From the NCBI GenBank assembly GCA_951406725.2, contig OX597830.1, positions 32,550,001-32,614,000 on the forward strand: 64,000 bases of DNA, in the 5' to 3' direction. A model generated the notes under the pieces. That model saw only the letters and a list, made by a program, of their open reading frames with translations, was not told the origin of the DNA and searched no databases. Positions 16,347-26,934 of the stretch are shown here, one piece after another. The stretch is from Octopus vulgaris (taxonomy: Eukaryota). How positions within the stretch are numbered: position 1 is the stretch's first letter; each line of letters starts with the position of its first letter. The position numbers and the translations under genes were made by a program.

Positions 16347-16619
16347 AACAACAAACAAGATGAGGACAAATATCCGTCAAATGTAAATAATGTAAATAAT
16401 GAACTACAGCTTGACTGCAACGAGTAGGAGTGTTCAGAAGTAGGACAAGGGTACCGCAGGGCTATAGACAGAATACAAATTGTTCACCAACTGAAGTACA
16501 CTACATTTCTTAATCATTCCATAGGATTTGTACTTCTGTCATCCTAGCTAGGCAAGCTTTGTTCTTTGCCTTTTACCCTTCCTTCGGGTTCGATAAATAA
16601 ACTACCAGCCTGTAAAGTT

Positions 16620-16780
16620 CAGTGTCGTAGCTAGATTGTGTGCCGTCCGGGGACAGCCATTGAGTTTGCGTCCCCGTCTCCGGATCAAACTATACAGGCT
16701 TATACACAGATGCAAGTATTGTCATCTCCATAAAAGCGTGTCCATGGATGGGCGCCTCCCCCCCCCTAGTTACGCTACTG
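16620..16780. mobile_element. Short MITE with hAT-like CAGT termini
   Basis: TIRs cagtgtcgtagctag / ctagttacgctactg (12/15 complementary); TSD not convincing. Confidence 0.55.
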
Positions 16781-16914
16781 GTCAGTATTTGGTTCAATTT
16801 TAAACCAAATTCGTATACCCATCTTTTTCTGTCTCTCTCTCACACGTTTTCTTCCTCAAGTAAATCTCTGCTCAGAAGCGATATATGACAGGACTCAATA
16901 CAAATGTAAAGCAA

Positions 16915-17490
16915 AGGCGGTGATCTGGCAGAAACGTTAGCACGCCGGGCGAAATGCTTAGCGATGTTTCGTTTGCCGCTACGTTCTGAGTTCAAATTCC
17001 ACCGAGGTCGACTTTGCCTTTCATCCTTTCGGGGTCGATAAATTAAGTACCAGTTATGCACTGGGGTCGATACAATCGACTTAATCCGTCTGTCTGTCCT
17101 TATTTGTCTCCTCTGTGTTTAACCCCTTGTGGGTAGTAAAGAAATAGGTATTTCGTCTGCCGTTACGTTCTGAGTTCAAATTCTGCCGAGGTCGACTTTG
17201 CCTTTCATTCTTTCGGGGTCGATAAATTAAGTACCAGTTACGCACTGGGGTCAATATAATCGACTTAATCCGTTTGTCTGTCCTTGTTTGTTCCCTTTAT
17301 GTTTAGCCCCTTGTGGGCAATAAAGAAATAGGCATTTTGTTTGTTTTTACGTTCTGAGTTCAAATTCCACAAAGGTCGACTTTGCCTTTCATCCTTTCGC
17401 GGTCGATAAATTAAGTACCAGTTGCATACTGGAGTCGAGCTAATTGACTGGCCCAAAATGTCAGACCTTATGCCTAGAGTAGAAAAGAAT
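16915..17490 (+). mobile_element. Head-to-tail trimer of SINE family B
   Basis: Full unit 16915-17147, headless unit about 17148-17330, headless unit about 17331-17490 with the alternative tail. Confidence 0.9.
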
Positions 17491-17946
17491 ATAAATGTAA
17501 ATCTTTTAATATTTTATAACTGAAAGGCTCTGATTTCCATTAATCAGGGGTACTTAGACCTGAGTCTGGTTTTCTTTTGAGTACCCACTGTCTATTTTTG
17601 AAATATTACATGAAAGTCTGAAGGAAACTCTTATCCTTATTTTCTTTTGTTCAAAAACCTTTGTGAACGACACGTACGAAAGTGGCTGCTTCAGGCTTAC
17701 GCTTTTGATTTTATTTCTAGTTTTCGTGGTAATGTTATTATAAACATCATAAACTCCATACAACTGAAGTCATGAAACTGCTTTGCTGTGTTAAGCAATG
17801 TTCCAAAATAATACTTTTAATTAATATTTTCAAAAACAATGAGTGTGTACGCGGGTGTTCATTATACACGCGCTTGTGCAGGTGCATTCATATACACATG
17901 TACACTCAAAGACGCACATATATTTACAGAATTATATATTCATGTG

Positions 17947-17987
<41 letters not shown>

Positions 17988-17989
<2 letters not shown>

Positions 17990-18279
17990 CACCGTGACCG
18001 ACCAGGCTATCAGATGTTGCTACATATCGCTGGTCACAATGCGCTTCACATAGTTTTATGCCTTCAAATGACGCCACCCCGCTGGCTAAGCGAGCAGGCC
18101 AACAGAAGAAAGAGTGAGAGAAAGTTGTGACGAAAGAGTACAGCAGGGATTGCCACCACCCTCTGCCGGAGCCCCGTGGTGTTTTCGCTCAATAAACACT
18201 CACAAGGCCCGGTCTGGGAATCGAAACCGCAATCCTACGACCGTGAGTCCTCTGCCCTAACCACTGGGCCATTGCGCCT

Positions 18280-18281
<2 letters not shown>
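17988..18281 (-). mobile_element. tRNA-derived SINE family C
   Basis: Reverse complement of 18422-18714; A-box tggcccagtgg, B-box gtttcgattcc. Confidence 0.9.
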
Positions 18282-18347
<66 letters not shown>

Positions 18348-18372
18348 GTATATATATATATGTATATATATG

Positions 18373-18421
<49 letters not shown>

Positions 18422-18423
<2 letters not shown>

Positions 18424-18714
18424 AGGCGCAATGGCCCAGTGGTTAGGGCAGCGGACTCGCGGTCGTAGGATCGCGGTTTCGATTCCCTGACCGGGCGTTG
18501 TGAGTGTTTATTGAGCGAAAACACCTAAAAGCTCCACGATGCTCCGGCAGGGGGTGGTGATCCCTGCTGTACTCTTTCACCACTCTTTCTTCTGTTGGCC
18601 TGCTCGCTTAGCCAGTGGAATGGCGTTATTCGAAGGCTAAAACAATGCGAACGCATTGTGACCAGCGATGTGTAACTACATCTGATGGACTGGTCGGTCA
18701 CGTGATCACGTGAT
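18422..18714 (+). mobile_element. tRNA-derived SINE family C
   Basis: ggaggcgcaatggcccagtggttagg...ggtttcgattccc head; tail ggtcacgtgatcacgtgat followed by (TA)n. Confidence 0.9.
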
Positions 18715-18798
18715 ATATATATATATATATATATGTTAGTTAGTTAGTTAGTTAATTGCATCCCCACCTCTCTCTGTGTCTGTCTGTCTCTCTCTCTC

Positions 18799-18854
<56 letters not shown>

Positions 18855-19278
18855 CATATATACATATACACATATGCGAATTTACAAATACTCATCCACA
18901 GACACGCATATTGAAACATGTATCAATAAAACCTATTAATTAAACATTTCGAAAACCAACGTTTTTCTCTGACCCAAACCGAAATTTTAAAAAGGATTGT
19001 ATTTATGTAAAAGACACTTAGCCGCGTGCTTACAAGGCGTCAATAGTTCAGTTCTTTTGTTCATACTATTGATGCCTTGAGTTAAAATTCTCAGTTTTTA
19101 GCTCAAAGGTCACAACACATCTTTGATTTTGAAGTTCCTGTTCCTGTGTGGAGTTTATGACGCTTATAATAACATCGCCACGGGAATCAGAAATGAAATC
19201 AAAAGAAAGAAAGAGACCTCAATATTATGTAAATAGAGGAAATTTATCTATACAATATGTTACATTACTCGGTAGTCA

Positions 19279-19341
19279 AGATAAAACTCTGAGTTTCAGA
19301 TGCCGAAGTGGAAATCCACAACACCATCTCTTCGGTTATCT
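19279..19341 (-). ncRNA. Type I hammerhead-like motif in the PLE pseudo-LTR (sense to the ORF)
   Basis: AGAUAA CCGAAGA GAUG..CAUC U GAAA CUC A GAG UU UUAUCU: 6-bp stem I, variant core, quasi-palindromic stem III. Confidence 0.6.
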
Positions 19342-19536
19342 AGCTATTTGAAAACGTTATGAAAAAATACCGTTAAAAATGAAGGGAAATTACTCTGTTA
19401 TAACTCTGCTTTGCCTGCGTACTTATACATCGCTCGCAATTTTTCGTCATAAAAATTATATAAAAATACATAAAAATATATAAAAATATATAAAAATATA
19501 TAAAATCTTCTTGGGACATAACACAGAAAGCATGTT

Positions 19537-20519
19537 CTATCCGTTTTCTTTAGGGGACCAAAAACGTAACAGAAATTTAGTCACATGTGGGCATGATCCG
19601 AAAAGCTCTGTCCTTGTATTTAGACATGTGGTAGGGTCTAAGCTGCTTTTCCAGATAAGCCATCTCTCCATGTCGCATAAACCGCACCTTCCGCTGCCGT
19701 TAGTGTAGGGCTTACATCTGGCCAAAATCTTCCATTGTATGTTATAATCGACACCTTTATCTCTTAAAGACCAAATATGATTGGATAATTGTGTCGCTTT
19801 TCTTTTGTTCCAGTGCCTAAAGCTCAAAGTGTGGTTTTTGAACCTGGCCTTGAAATTACCCTCTGTCAGGCCCACGTATTTCTTCGTCGAAACGGTGTCT
19901 TTAGTGGTTATAGAGTTTACGGTAGCTTCATATATGATGGTCTTGGACATGCAAGCTCCATTTAGCGGGCACAATTCTTTATTCCTGCATGAACAGCTGT
20001 TTTCTTCTTGTGTTTTTTGTATGTTATGATTGATTATGTTTTTAAAATTGGTAGTTGAACTAAAACTAATTTTTAAATTGTGTCTATTGAAGAGTTTCCT
20101 ATAAGCATGGTTAACTGGAAAATGTCTATCTATCAGTGCTAGGAAATATTTACCTATATTGAAGGCCACCTCGGGTGAGTAAGGGGGCGTAAACCAGATG
20201 ACCTTCCTATTTCTATTATTCCTTTTCCTTACTGTTGGGCTAGTGATAGGTGTATATTTTATTTTTTCGCTAAAAATCACTATCTTTTAAAGCTTTTATT
20301 ATAAACTGGGGCAATGCTATTGAAGATGTCCTCATTAGATGAGAGGCTAGAAATCCTCTTACTAATATTTTTAACTAAATTTTTGAATACTATAGGGGGA
20401 TGGCATGAACCTACATTAATATAACTTAGTCTATCATTGGGCTTCCTATAAGGCTTATAAATATTATTATTAAGATCTAAGGAAACGTCTAAGAAATTGA
20501 CAACCGTCAGGTTAGTGTC
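19537..20519 (-). pseudogene. PLE polyprotein fragment: RT motif 7/thumb, Cys-rich linker, GIY-YIG endonuclease (frameshift near 20285)
   Basis: VNFLDVSLDL...YKPYRKPND...YINVGSCHPP (20519-20290), then IWFTPPYS...CSCRNKELCPLNGAC...IIYEA...KYVGLTEGNFKARFKNH...CGLCDMER...LNTRTE. Confidence 0.9.
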
Positions 20520-20635
20520 TAGGTTAGTGTCGAAAAATTGCGAGCGATGTATAAGTACGCAGGCAAAGCAGAGTTATAACAGAGTAATTTCCCTTCATTT
20601 TTAACGGTATTTTTTCATAACGTTTTCAAATAGCT

Positions 20636-20698
20636 AGATAACCGAAGAGATGGTGTTGTGGATTTCCACTTCGGCATCTGAAACTCAGAGTTTTATCT
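20636..20698 (+). ncRNA. Hammerhead-like motif, inverted pseudo-LTR copy
   Basis: Identical mirror of 19279-19341. Confidence 0.6.
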
Positions 20699-20794
20699 TG
20701 ACTACCGAGTAATGTAACATATTGTATAGATAAATTTCCTCTATTTACATAATATTGAGGTCTCTTTCTTTCTTTTGTTATCTTACCGTTTTAT

Positions 20795-20860
<66 letters not shown>

Positions 20861-21266
20861 ATGTAATGAATTAGATATGCTACACTTTGAGAGGGTCGCT
20901 CGCGACCATTCATATTGTGTTTCTGCATTCTCCAGCGAATGGAGGACAGCCAAGTCAGAGAGGGTCTAGTAACCTTTTCTCATCTAACATGCTATGAAAA
21001 GTCATCGGAAAAGAAACTAGAGCACATACCGGACTTAGACAGAGTGGTGATGTGTTGTACGACACAGAGCAGAAAGAAATTAATTACCTTTTGAGTTTAA
21101 ATTCTCTCAGGATAGTCTTTGTATTTCATGTCTCCACAGTTGTCATTGGTTAACCCCTCGATCATTTTAGAAATTAATCAAACTTACGGTTCAAACCATT
21201 GACATTCCAGGTTTGATTATGCAGTTTTATATTTGTTTTTTTTGTTTTTTTTTGTTTTATTAGACA

Positions 21267-21655
21267 CTAGCAGTATCGCCCGGCGTTGCTCAGGTTTGTA
21301 AGGGAAATAACTATAAAGCATTTTTAGAGAGTTATAGCCAAAAAATAGCAAAAAAATGGAAAAAAAATGATGGTAAATTTTTTTCGAGAGTTAAAAAAGG
21401 TGGAGTTGCGTCCCCTAGACGGTCTGTGGTTTGGGTTTCTGATTCTCGACCCCATGTCGAATTTATCGATTTTTTTCAGAACTGGAGGAACTATTCAAAA
21501 TTTTCGCTGCGTTAGTTTTGAATTATGACATTGGGCTATGTGTGTGTCAAGTTTCATCAGAATCAGTTGAAAGCCGTGGTCAGAGTGAGGGTACGAGAAA
21601 ACAGACACACAGAAAACGCACAGACAAACTGCCGTTTATATATAGAGAGAAGAGA
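21267..21655 (-). mobile_element. Non-autonomous Helitron
   Basis: Minus strand starts A|TCTC..., carries an ACAG-type microsatellite, and ends with hairpin cctgagcaacgccggg 8 nt before CTAG|T; no TSD. Confidence 0.75.
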
Positions 21656-22334
21656 TAGTGTGTCTTAGGCTATATTGTCCGGTAAGTATGTTCTTTCTTT
21701 TTATGTAGAAGGCGCTAGGACGTGATTTGAGGAAGATTTGGTTCGTATTTTTTTAGTTGGTGGGTCCTCCCTCGCTGGCTTCTTTTTCCTGGGGTAGAGG
21801 AAGTAATACCAGTTATATTTTTGTGACCAAATGTAGTGTATATATTCAAGAAGAAGGAGAAAGGAACAGCGTCGCCGCCGACTACCACCATCACTAGCAG
21901 CAACAGCAGCAGCAATAGTAGTAGTAGTAGTAGCAGCAGCAGCAGTTTGAAGGAACGTAGAAAGAAAAGAGCAGTTTACACGAATCCGAAATCTATTTCT
22001 GTTCGGAATTATCACGACCGTTCTTTTTATCATGGAAATGTGCATTAGCCGTATATTGAAGAGTCGTTTTGATGGTATTTCCAATTATAGATTATCTGGC
22101 ATTTATATATGGTAACGAAGAAGTAGTGCGTAGCTTGACATCGGCAATTAATCAATATGTGTTTGAAACGCCATTATATTCGAAATACTAATGGGAAGAC
22201 TAGTCTCTCCGTTTTACTTAGTTTTTCCTAACCAAGCGTAATCCGTTGTGTTGCGCTGTATCATAAACGGATTCCAAAGGAAGGTGGGTGTTCCTGTATG
22301 CAAATCAACGAGTGATCATATACATCTCACTCAC

Positions 22335-22377
<43 letters not shown>

Positions 22378-22768
22378 TCGCTTCGTGGTTGAATTTCTTT
22401 TTACTCTCATTCTATCTTTAGCTCCTTCTCGCTCCCTATCCTCAACGTCTTATCCCCTCCCCCCCTTTCTTCTCGTCTTCTTATCTCTATCTAAATCCGT
22501 TGTCCTCACCTCAAGGAAACTTTAATTGGATTTAGATTATGCGTTACTTAACTAAAACTAAATCTAAACTTTAAGCCTAATGAAAATTTTCTTTTAAGCC
22601 TCATTCTTCCTAACTAAATTAAACTTCACCTAGATTGATTTAATCTAATATAATGAAATGTAGATTTAATTAATAGAAAAAAAAATGGGTGACAAATTAA
22701 ATAGGAACCGAGTTTTACGAAATGAAACAGGATTCAGTTAGACGAAACCTTATCAATTATAAAGTAAA

Positions 22769-22812
<44 letters not shown>

Positions 22813-22954
22813 GTTTCCATGTAAGTCAACAAATGTTACAATTATTTATCGATTCCATCGATAAACAATCATATATTTAACAAATTAACAATGGGCAGGC
22901 TGTTGCAATGCTATTTACTGCCCCAGACTAGTCTTACAAAGTGCGCTGCCTTCT

Positions 22955-23175
22955 CTCGGTTCTACAATATTTACTCCCTTTTCGCAGTCTTACAATATTC
23001 ACATTTCTCTTAATCATGTAATGTGGGCCCCTTCTCTCTTGAGAAGTCCTACATTGTGTTCCCCTTCTTCTCAAAGTCCTACATTATGTCCCCCTTCTTC
23101 CAGCCTTACAATATACGCTCCCCTCTTCTAACCGTAGAATTTGCGTACCCTCTTCCCAATTCTACATTGCCCTCG
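22955..23175. repeat. Degenerate minisatellite with a unit of about 28-30 bp
   Basis: Units such as tcctacattgtgttccccttcttctcaaag, tcctacattatgtcccccttcttccag and ccttacaatatacgctccctctt. Confidence 0.65.
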
Positions 23176-24140
23176 TTAACAATTTTTTCCATAAATCCTT
23201 CTATCCTTGATTCACTTTGCCTGAGCTGAAAAATGCAGGGAAAATCATAATTAACTTGTGCACAAGAAATTTATAGAATTGTTATCAAGTACATCACCGA
23301 GTAAATCTGCTACCTGGGAAAATTTTAAATGTTTCACATCAAACCATGTGACAAGTCAAACGCAATACAATTCTTTTGTCTTCTATGAATAAGAGCAGAA
23401 GTTTCGGTGCAGCTCGAAATGTCTGGCGCTGAGGAGACATGTGTCTAGCATTGAGGAGTGTCTAGCACTGAGGAGACGAAACTAAATCAAAACATTGGTG
23501 TCTGCAGGTCTAGTAATAAATGTAAGCCTTATCGTCAGAATTTGAATTTTTGCCATTTTTATTTGGGACTAGTGTGCGTTGTTTGCGTTTATTTTAGCAT
23601 TGTATCTTATGAAAATTGCTTTCATTATTAATTTATAAAATTTCATGCAATCTTATCCATAAATATAGATGCATCAACTGTTTATGTTGTACCACGCAGT
23701 TTAATTGTACCTTGTTGTAAAGTGTATAGTCATTCGGCGAGAAAGTTTCGTATTTATACGGCCAGTATGCTAATTGTGGACGCGAAATTTAAAGCTTTCA
23801 TATTAGCAATCAAATTAATCACATTTATTATTCGTAGCTTGTTCACGGGTTTACATGGTTGTGATTTCTTTTTGATAAGAAGGTATTTTTAACTTACGTC
23901 TTTTCTGATAAGTTATTAGTATTTGTTTATATTTCATTGCTGTGCATTTGTGTTGTTTTACGTGGATTTTTTTATCATTTGCATATAAACGTAATTGTGA
24001 GACCTCACTTAACGTTACTGATAAGCTCATGGAAAATGCAAATGAAATGAAACGATGTAAATGGAAACCAATGATAATAATGATGATAATGGTGGTGGCG
24101 TTGATGGTGGTAGTAATGATGATGATATGATGATGATAAT

Positions 24141-24418
24141 AAGGGATGTCAGAAACATCTAGACAACATCCCAGGAGAACCATGTCTCAGAGAAATCTAA
24201 TAGATTGTGCTGGCAAGTGCTGCCCACATCCTTAGAAAGACCCTATCAATTTAAATGTCTGTGTTGTATTACATAAAGATATCTCGCTACTGTCCCGGCC
24301 ACGTCCCCTCTTCAAGCTTTCAGTAATACTGTAACATCTCTTATCCTTCACTTGCTCTAGGGTGCTGGGTGTGTTCCGGCAAGTGATTGCAACAAGCATG
24401 CAGATTAAAAGTAAATAA
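24141..24418 (+). mobile_element. R4/Dong-clade LINE 3' fragment
   Basis: KGCQKHLDNIPGEPCLREI**IVLASAAHILRKTLSI* plus 3' UTR, between (TRA)n and (TAA)n. Confidence 0.75.
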
Positions 24419-24429
24419 CTATAATAATA

Positions 24430-24879
24430 ATGGACAAAAACGAGAGGACAAAGGTCGACTGATACTTCGACTTCCAGGCAGACAAAGTGTTAGAGCACTG
24501 AAGGCCTTCAGGAGAAATAAGCAAGAGTGTCTAATAATCAACATTTTGTCATTTAAAAAAATTTGACAAATATGGAAACCTGAAAATTGCGATAGCTAAG
24601 ACGTGACAGATGCGAGAGCTAAACAAAGTTTTGTCTCTACTGTCATCGGAACATCAGGTTCAATATTACTCAACCTAAAGAAACATCTGGACACTTTAGA
24701 AAAACCCTATAATCTTGGTGTGTTGCAAAAATCGGCTTTACTTCAAACTGCATGCATACTGCGTAAAGTACTATATGTCTGGGATCCTTCTTGTGACTTG
24801 ACAAACAGCACAAAGCACCAGCACGCACAATATTTCCAATCTACAACATCACAATACTGGATACTGTGCGACGGCTTCC

Positions 24880-24880
<1 letters not shown>
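24430..24880 (+). mobile_element. Second R4/Dong-clade LINE 3' fragment (different family)
   Basis: KFDKYGNLKIAIAK...VIGTSGSI...LKKHLDTL...LQKSALLQTACILRKVL, followed by (TAA)n. Confidence 0.75.
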
Positions 24881-24931
<51 letters not shown>

Positions 24932-24944
24932 TGATGATAATAAT

Positions 24945-25498
24945 AAATGTCCTGATGCAGGACCAGGCAGTGGTTCCCATGGCTTCTGAACTTAACTGAT
25001 TGGAAGTGTTATCATGTACATGTTTTGTCTTGGTATAAAAGATGGGCTACAGCAAATATTCTGCTCAATACCACAGATTTGCTTGTCAGTTGTTTGACCT
25101 TAACCAGTTGAGCATGTCCCTTAGTAGCTGACAATATGTACATCTCTGATCACGAGCAGAAGTAGTGGAGGAGCATCACAGCCATGTATTGAGAGGAATT
25201 CTATGGGGCTTGAATAATTTCACCTTTGGAAACACAAGTGTTCTGTTCGACATCCTTAAACAACAATTGTTCAGGGTCCTTTTGAGTGGGATGGGCTACT
25301 CGACGTGAAGAAAATTCTAAGTGGGCCCCACCTGCAAGGTCATGCGCTGTTTTTCTTTATAAGAGCTCACCATGTCGTGCACATATGGTTGTGATGCATG
25401 TGCCTAGTGTACCCTTATCAGACGGGTAGTCATGATGGGTATACTGGGCTTCCTATATTTTACACCAGTGTCACTTTGATGGAATGCACTGCTCTCCC
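24945..25498. mobile_element. Non-coding element of about 550 bp embedded in a (TAA)n tract; class unresolved
   Basis: Abrupt borders with TAA/CAA repeats; the same start aaattcctgatgcagg follows a (TAG)n tract at about 33013; strong hairpin at 25402-25449. Confidence 0.5.
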
Positions 25499-26067
25499 AA
25501 TAACAACAGCAACAATAATAATATTGATAATAATGTAAGCAAGAATTACATTCTAACGAAGTATTCCTAGTCACAAAAACATCGACTAACATATAACATA
25601 AAAGCGAAAATATCTTCAATATTAAACATTGAAATATATAAATAAAAATCAATAAACTAATTATTTACTTAAATAAAATGTTCAAGGGTTTGTTATTGTA
25701 GATTTCTATTCTATTCGTTTAATTCCTTGGTAATACATGCATTAATTCATTATTAACTTGTTTTGCTTTTGATCTGCTCTCTCTTTAAGGATCTTTCTCG
25801 GTAACAAATTGTCACAACTTTATCTAAAATAAAAGCCTCAAACAAATATTTAGTCATTGAAGTTCCTGATGGTTTTCCCTCCTCTTTTTTATCATTTTAT
25901 TCTACGCAACGGTTTTGTTCTTTCTCCACGTTGTCGTCTTCACAGTGAGATTCAAATAATTCCTCTATTTTACCTTTTAAATATTGCCATACCTTGAAAG
26001 GGTTGCATCTCTATGGAATAGACAGTAGATGTACAAATACTGTATCATAAAAGACGTTCTTAAAATA

Positions 26068-26730
26068 TGGCTTCAAATTTTGCCACAAGGACAGCAATTT
26101 TAGGGAAGGGGATGTGTCGATTAGATCGACCCCAGTGTTCAACTGCTACTTATTTTATCGTCCCCGAAAGGATGAAAGGCAAATTCTACCTCGGCGGAAT
26201 TTGAACTTAGAATGTAAAGACGGACGAAATGCCGCTAAATATTTTTCCCGGCGTGCTAACGTTTCTTATTTCTTTATTGCTCACAAGGAGCTAAACAGAG
26301 GGGGCAAACAAGGACAGACAAAGGGATTAAATTGATTACATCGACTCCAGTGCGTAAATGGTACTTAATTTATCGACCCCGAAAGGATGAAAGGCAAAGT
26401 CGACCTCGGCGGAATTTGAACTCAGAACGTAGCGGCAGACGAAATACCGCTAAGCATTTCGCCCGGCGTGCTAACGACTCTGCCAGCGCGCTACCTTACA
26501 TAACGTTATAACCCTTTCTACTAAAGGCACAATGCCTGAAATTTATGGGGGAAGAGAATGAGTCAATTACATTGACCCCAGTACTCAACTGGTACTTATT
26601 TTATCGACCCCGAAAGGATGTATGGCAAAGTCGACCTCGGCGGATTTTGAACTCAGATCGTAACGATAGACGAAATTCCGCTAAGCATTTTGTCCTGTGT
26701 GCTAACAATTCTGCTGGCTCACTGCCTTAG
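26068..26730 (-). mobile_element. Cluster of three SINE family B units (dimer 26068-26497 plus monomer 26510-26729)
   Basis: Repeated cgaccccgaaaggatgaaaggcaaagtcgacctcggcggaatttgaactcag. Confidence 0.9.
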
Positions 26731-26934
26731 ACGTTCTTAAAATATAGAAGCTGAATGACTAGTAATGCTATCTATTATCATTGTTTATTCATCTTTATTT
26801 CACTAAACTGAAAGCGCAACAAACAGCAAAATATACAAATAGAAAAAAGAAAGGAAAATATATGCAAAAATTCTGTTTGACAGACGTAAACTTTGAAAGT
26901 TTTTATTTTGGGTTTTATATATTTTCGTATCATT

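Larger units (their letters stand above)
16095..16404. mobile_element. Inverted-duplicated non-coding element (family D) carrying minimal hammerhead ribozymes, flanked by TSD tacagcttg
   Basis: Arms of about 16124-16247 and 16271-16400 are reverse complements; tacagcttg at 16086-16094 and 16405-16413. Confidence 0.85.
19200..20797 (-). mobile_element. 5'-truncated Penelope-like element (Neptune-type) with inverted pseudo-LTR
   Basis: 19200-19446 is the reverse complement of 20531-20777 (247 bp, no mismatch seen); the interior encodes the RT C-terminus and GIY-YIG. Confidence 0.92.

Noticed and set aside
18422-18495. Real tRNA genes here and at 57460, 11028 and 50367
   Set aside because: A/B boxes are present but acceptor stems and terminators are lacking, and each runs into a SINE body.
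23420-23510. Triple tgtctagcactgaggag repeat ending ctgaggagacgaaac as a hammerhead or coding start
   Set aside because: Stem II cannot form (G-A-C only), stem III is weak, and the ATG frame stops after 9 codons.
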